From assembly GCA_001787405.1 (NCBI GenBank), contig MFWV01000003.1:64790-128789 (forward strand): a stretch of 64,000 nt of DNA, written 5' to 3'. Origin of the DNA: Candidatus Pacebacteria bacterium RIFOXYA1_FULL_38_18 (GTDB taxonomy: Bacteria > Patescibacteriota > Microgenomatia > UBA1400 > PJMF01). A program made the translations under genes and the position numbers. The notes beneath the pieces were generated by a model. It worked only from the letters and a program-made list of their open reading frames with translations. It did no database searches and was not told the origin of the DNA. Below are positions 59,149-64,000 of the stretch, in pieces; position 1 is the first letter of the stretch; each line of letters begins with the position of its first letter.

Positions 59149-60603
59149 ATGGGGATGAAAAAATCTACACAACAATGGTGGAAATTATTGATTTATTTGG
59201 CTGTTTTGGTAATTTTTTTGGGCTTGAGAACTTTTTCTTTACAAAAGAGCTTTTGGTTTTTTGGAGATTTGGGCAGAGACCTGTTTGTTTTACAGGATTG
59301 GGCAAACCACCCCTTTCATCCGCCTCTTTTGGGTCCTCAGACTAGTGTCGTAAGTTTCAATCAAACTGCTGGTTATTATTATTATTTATTTCCATTTTTT
59401 CTAATTAGTGGTCAGTCGGCTTATTCAACATTGATTGCTACCTTAGCACTCTATGTTGGATTAATCATTGGCGCTTTTGTTATTTTCAAAAACAAAAAAC
59501 ACTGGCAACCGGTTGCTGCCCTATTATTCTTAATCGCCATTCATCCTCAGTTTGTGATTCAACATCGTTATGTTTGGAATCCTTCGCTGGTTACTCCTTT
59601 TTTATTGATTGGTTTTTGGGGTTGGTGGAGATATCGAAGTCGGGCCGATTGGCGCTGGTTACTTCTGATGGCTTTTAGCTGGTTTGCTGCGACAGGACTT
59701 AATTTTTCGTTAACGCCTACGGTCTTGGTGATGATTTTATTGTTTTTTTGGGAACAGCGTAAAAATTGGCGAGTGATAGGTCAATTTATTTTATTGAGCA
59801 TTTTGGCAAATTTAATTATTCATGCTCCAACCATTATTTTTGAATTCCGTCATGATTTTTTATTGACGCGCAATTTGCCCACCCAAGAATTATTACAACA
59901 AGAAACTCTTTTTTCCAGAAAAGTTACGGAATTAATCTCACATGTGTTTTTGCCGGAAAGATCTATGCGTGGAGGAATGCAACTTAGTTGGGTAATAGCA
60001 GCAGTTTTTATTTTTTGCGTTTGGCGTTTTAAAGCTCTGCGTCACTCATGGGTGTTGATTCGCTCTTTGCAGATTGCGATATTGACGGCTCTATTAATGC
60101 TTTTAACTCCATTTCGCATGCACGAACATTATGTATTTGGCAGTTTGACATTTTTATTGGTAGCTTTGGCGCGTTTACCCAAACAAATCTTGTTCATAGT
60201 ACTCATTGGTTTGAGTATTTTATATCTTCGTCCTTTTTATTTTCAGTTTTACGCCAAACCAGCCCCTCATTTAATTGCAGAGCAAAAATCTTGCATCCAG
60301 CAGACTTGTGAAATAATTAAGCTCCATGGTTTGGAGCCGATTTTTGTAAATACTCACTCCTCTTCACACAATCATCAGGCGCGAGAATATATTTTTTGGT
60401 TGAAAAACTTTGGTTGTCAGGCAATTGACACTCAGCAATTCAATGCAACACCAACAAATTACATGGTAGTTGTTTCTGATAGGGCAGAGTTTGAAAATGG
60501 TAAAACTGGATATTATGAGCTGAGCCAATTTGGAGAAGCGGTGGAATTAGAACAAATCTCTTGCAAAGAAAATCTGAAAATTCATTTATTGAAAAAGCTC
60601 TAA
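59149..60603 (+). CDS. ArnT/PMT-like GT-C glycosyltransferase
   Basis: GDLGRD...PPLLGP, RYVWNP, multiple TMs. Confidence 0.75.
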   Translation: MGMKKSTQQWWKLLIYLAVLVIFLGLRTFSLQKSFWFFGDLGRDLFVLQDWANHPFHPPLLGPQTSVVSFNQTAGYYYYLFPFFLISGQSAYSTLIATLALYVGLIIGAFVIFKNKKHWQPVAALLFLIAIHPQFVIQHRYVWNPSLVTPFLLIGFWGWWRYRSRADWRWLLLMAFSWFAATGLNFSLTPTVLVMILLFFWEQRKNWRVIGQFILLSILANLIIHAPTIIFEFRHDFLLTRNLPTQELLQQETLFSRKVTELISHVFLPERSMRGGMQLSWVIAAVFIFCVWRFKALRHSWVLIRSLQIAILTALLMLLTPFRMHEHYVFGSLTFLLVALARLPKQILFIVLIGLSILYLRPFYFQFYAKPAPHLIAEQKSCIQQTCEIIKLHGLEPIFVNTHSSSHNHQAREYIFWLKNFGCQAIDTQQFNATPTNYMVVVSDRAEFENGKTGYYELSQFGEAVELEQISCKENLKIHLLKKL

Positions 60604-60612
60604 TAATAAATT

Positions 60613-61701
60613 TTACAATCGTTCTTGGATGTATTGTTGTACCGCTTCCCAGGATTCACGCGGTTGAATAATGGAGGCACCGCCACTAGATGTGCCACTG
60701 GTGAGAACGTTATCGGTTGATAAATTGATCCGGACAATTTGATAATCACGGCTATTTTTGAGCACGGGCCACAAATATTCGGCTAGTTTGGCATCCAGAT
60801 CTGTTTGAGTGTGTTGGGCAAACTGAGCAAAGACTCTGGGAATATTTATCACTCCTTCCAGGGTAAATAATTTATCACGAATGGCAGTCAATACTTCTTG
60901 TTGACGTACTCCACGAGCAAAATCACCACCGGGATTGCCGTGACGTGAGCGCACATATTTGAGTGCATCACCGCCCTCCATGCGCACAATGCCGGCTGAA
61001 TAACTGATAGTCTCGAAACGACAAGGGAATTGTTTTTCCAGTTCAAAACCAGAATACTGCTCATGTGCCTTGGCAATTTCTTCTGGACTCAAGCCACATA
61101 AATTTAGTTCTTCGCCCTTGATGGGATACCAATCATCAGTCATGGTTTGAGCAACATGGACGTCAATCCCTCCCAGTTCCTGACCGATGATGCGTTGGAA
61201 ACCAACAAAATCCACGGCTATAAAGTAATCAATCGGTAGGTTGGTGACCACTTGTGCCATTTGTTTGGCAGTAGTGGCTTTTTTATCCTGATTTTGAAGA
61301 TCGGTGGCATAGGCAGCATTGATCTTGTTTTGAGTGCCATTGGGTAGTGACACCCAAAGATCACGCGGAATAGAGATTAAAGCTAGTTGGCTTTTTTCAA
61401 AATCTAGACTCATGATTTGAATAACATCAGACAAAGCTCCTCCAGAGTGACCGGCTCCGCCATAACCCAAAAGCAGAACATTCAGCACGCGCAGATCTTC
61501 GGCTTTTTCAGGTAAATTTTGAGCATCTTGTAACTGGGGAGCGGCCAAGTTTTGACTAGGGCGATTGATTAATTTGGAGCCAAGTAAATAAGTGACTAGG
61601 GTAGAGGAGACCAAGACACCCAAAACAATGCCCCACAACCATTTATTTTGAGCGAATAAATTTTGAAAACTCAGCAAAGTTTGACGAAAGGTCTCTTTCA
61701 T
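60613..61701 (-). CDS. LCP (LytR-CpsA-Psr) family protein
   Basis: NVLLLG, SIPRDLWV, KINAAY, ALKYVRSRH, DFARGVRQQ. Confidence 0.93.
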   Translation of the reverse strand: MKETFRQTLLSFQNLFAQNKWLWGIVLGVLVSSTLVTYLLGSKLINRPSQNLAAPQLQDAQNLPEKAEDLRVLNVLLLGYGGAGHSGGALSDVIQIMSLDFEKSQLALISIPRDLWVSLPNGTQNKINAAYATDLQNQDKKATTAKQMAQVVTNLPIDYFIAVDFVGFQRIIGQELGGIDVHVAQTMTDDWYPIKGEELNLCGLSPEEIAKAHEQYSGFELEKQFPCRFETISYSAGIVRMEGGDALKYVRSRHGNPGGDFARGVRQQEVLTAIRDKLFTLEGVINIPRVFAQFAQHTQTDLDAKLAEYLWPVLKNSRDYQIVRINLSTDNVLTSGTSSGGASIIQPRESWEAVQQYIQERL

Positions 61702-61905
61702 AAATTGATTAAAAACTGATTTAAAATGAGTCTATTTACCATAGCACATCAAGCACAAGAAGCGTTGATTGAATTACTCCCCTATCTTTACAGCTCAATT
61801 AGCAGACGAGTCATTACTCTGCTAATTTAAGTAAAAAGAGTTTATTTAATTAATTAAAAACGCAAGTAATTTTGTGATGAAATGGGTGCCACTGGGTTGG
61901 GATTT

Positions 61906-62529
61906 TTACGGGTTTTTGGGAAAAGGATTTAAAACTTTAGCCCAAATCAAGGAAAAAAACTCAAGAGAGGCCACAATCAAAGTCACTAAAGCCTTCCAAC
62001 TGACCTCTTGGAGGGCAATGTGAAAGAACAGGAGCCAAATCACCACATAAACCAAGGAATGAAGGGTGTTCCACTGTTTGCCCAGGTGCCTGACCGACCA
62101 ATCGTTGGAAGTGAAAAAAAGTGGGGTAAGCAGGGTAAAAGCAATCAGACCAAAGATCTCGAAAGGATTAAACAGCCAAGGATTACTACTACTGGCGATG
62201 AGGGGCAATAAACGCGACCAGCCCCAGTGAGTGAGAGCCAATAAATACATAGTGACACCCAATTGACGACGATAGAGCAGTAATAAAGTTCTAATAGGCA
62301 AGAGCCAGCCGACGATTTGAAAACGCTTCATCATGCCGGGTAAGAGGACGATCCAAAAAACAATCAAACTAATAGTAGCTGATTTTGTTCCCCACCAAAT
62401 CCACGAAGTGATAGACAGAAGTTGGGTAGACAAAGCCAAAAAAACCAACCAAGCAATCAATAATAAATGCCAAACCTTGACAATGATGATTTTTTTTTGG
62501 AGTAAAAACTGTTGCAGTGATTGAAACAT
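61906..62529 (-). CDS. MsrQ-like ferric-reductase transmembrane heme protein
   Basis: RRQLG.....ALTH, PLFFTSN, W..LHSLVY...H. Confidence 0.85.
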   Translation of the reverse strand: MFQSLQQFLLQKKIIIVKVWHLLLIAWLVFLALSTQLLSITSWIWWGTKSATISLIVFWIVLLPGMMKRFQIVGWLLPIRTLLLLYRRQLGVTMYLLALTHWGWSRLLPLIASSSNPWLFNPFEIFGLIAFTLLTPLFFTSNDWSVRHLGKQWNTLHSLVYVVIWLLFFHIALQEVSWKALVTLIVASLEFFSLIWAKVLNPFPKNP

Positions 62530-62608
62530 GGATTTTTGAGTCAATTAAAAACTTCAAGCTCTGATTGATATTTTTTCTAGCGACTCTCCCCTGTTGTTAT
62601 AACATAAA

Positions 62609-63862
62609 TTAAGCGTAAGCTTCCAGTTTTTCTGCGATTCTAGTTAGCTCGTTGTATTTAGCGGTTCGCTCTCCCCTACTGACTGATCCAGTTTTGATCC
62701 AGCCACAGCCCGTGCCGACGGCTAAATGGGCGATAGTGACGTCTTCGGTTTCGCCACTGCGGTGAGAAACTACATTTGACCAACCAGCTTCTTTGGCCAT
62801 TTTCATGGCTTGTAAAGTTTCACTCAGAGTACCGATTTGATTGAGTTTAACCAGCAAACTATTACAAGCTTGCTGCTTGATTGCTTGCTGAATACGAAGG
62901 GGATTGGTAACCAACAAATCATCGCCAACAATCTGTTGTTTATCTCCCAATTTAGCGGTCAATGCTTGCCAACCCAACCAATCATCTTCAGCCAACATAT
63001 CCTCCATCAGCTCCACTGGATATTGATCAGCCAACTCAGCGATCCAGTCAATCATGGCTTCGGTCGATAAACTTTGATTATCGCGTTTGAGCTCATATCG
63101 TTGAGTAGTGGCGTTATAAAATTCAGAGGCAGCTGCATCAAAACCCAAGGTGACATCAGTGCCGAATTGATAGCCGGCCAGTTTAACAGCTTGGGCAATC
63201 AGCTCGATTGCTTCTCGATTGGATTTTACGGCTGGAGCAAAACCACCTTCATTGCCCACATTGATTGAGTAGCCTTTTTCTTTGAGTACTGTTTGCAAAA
63301 ATGCAAAAACTTCTGAACCCAAACGCAAGCGATCTTTCCAACTCAAATGAGCCACAGGGATGATCATGAATTCTTGAATATCGGTGGCCCAGTCGCCATG
63401 TTTGCCACCATTCAAAATATTAAACATGGGTCTGGGTAAAATAAAGTTATCATTGTCAAATAATTGGCCAATATATTGATAGAGAGCCAAATTCATTGCC
63501 CGACTGCTAGCCCAAGCAAAAGCCAGTGAAACAGCCAAGATCGCATTGGCACCCAACTTGTTTTTATTGGCAGTACCATCAAGTTTAATCAGCAATTGAT
63601 CCAAACTAAATTGATCTAGATCCTGATTGAGAATGGCTTGCTTGATGTCGGTATTGATGTGATTGATGGCTTGACTAACACCTTTACCCAAATACGGCTG
63701 GCCTCCGTCTCTTAATTCTAGTGCTTCGTGTTTACCGGCTGAGGCTCCGCTGGGAACAGCGCTTCTGCCAATCACACCATTTTCCAGTGTGACCTCCGCT
63801 TCCACGGTAGGATCTCCACGAGAATCCAAAATTTGACGAGCAAAAACGTGAGTGATTTTCAT
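62609..63862 (-). CDS. eno: enolase
   Basis: ILDSRGDPTVE, VPSGAS, LGANAILAVS, VGDDL, KLNQIGT, SHRSGETED; start taken at ATG 63862. Confidence 0.97.
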   Translation of the reverse strand: MKITHVFARQILDSRGDPTVEAEVTLENGVIGRSAVPSGASAGKHEALELRDGGQPYLGKGVSQAINHINTDIKQAILNQDLDQFSLDQLLIKLDGTANKNKLGANAILAVSLAFAWASSRAMNLALYQYIGQLFDNDNFILPRPMFNILNGGKHGDWATDIQEFMIIPVAHLSWKDRLRLGSEVFAFLQTVLKEKGYSINVGNEGGFAPAVKSNREAIELIAQAVKLAGYQFGTDVTLGFDAAASEFYNATTQRYELKRDNQSLSTEAMIDWIAELADQYPVELMEDMLAEDDWLGWQALTAKLGDKQQIVGDDLLVTNPLRIQQAIKQQACNSLLVKLNQIGTLSETLQAMKMAKEAGWSNVVSHRSGETEDVTIAHLAVGTGCGWIKTGSVSRGERTAKYNELTRIAEKLEAYA

Positions 63863-64000
63863 AGGCAGTTTTCTATCTTTATCATAGCAGGATCTGATCT
63901 TTAGTGAAATTGTTTTAAAAACTGTTTTAAAAAAAGTGTGAGGTTTTTCACTCTTTTTCCCCCAGTAAGGCCTTACACTAGTCAAAGTGTTACAGAAAGC

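Overview
Bacterial chromosomal window, standard genetic code. Gene content and style suggest Patescibacteria/CPR, probably Microgenomates (inference from archaeal-type PyrH, many GT-C and Pro/Thr-rich surface proteins, and widespread leaderless promoters). The backbone carries rmlC, an M29 aminopeptidase, map, rpoD, mgtE, tRNA-Asn(GTT), a DEAD-box helicase, an IMPDH/GMPR-family gene, topoisomerase IB, pyrH, a ZIP/Fur-family pair, tRNA-Arg(CCG), an LCP protein and eno. The main accessory feature is a ~17.5 kb element (12431-29928) in the 3' end of tRNA-Asn. Its large serine recombinase appears split by its own att site: integrated, it ends ...WLPR* on the antisense strand of the tRNA, while the far end holds an in-frame 38-codon alternative C-terminus that excision would fuse on. 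A second att/tail scar at 30748-30754 bounds an 826-bp one-gene mini-element at the same site. The element encodes a replication/regulation module but no recognisable capsid or conjugation genes. Its cargo is a type III R-M pair, a PHP-ATPase, a coupled HEPN + SEC-C/nuclease pair and a signal peptidase-CAP fusion. Elsewhere: a TrpR/YerC-like repressor with two candidate operators and an attenuator ahead of an unknown gene, a WxL-like/cohesin/dockerin surface operon, and two long structured leaders. All family calls come from motifs read by eye; no searches were run.
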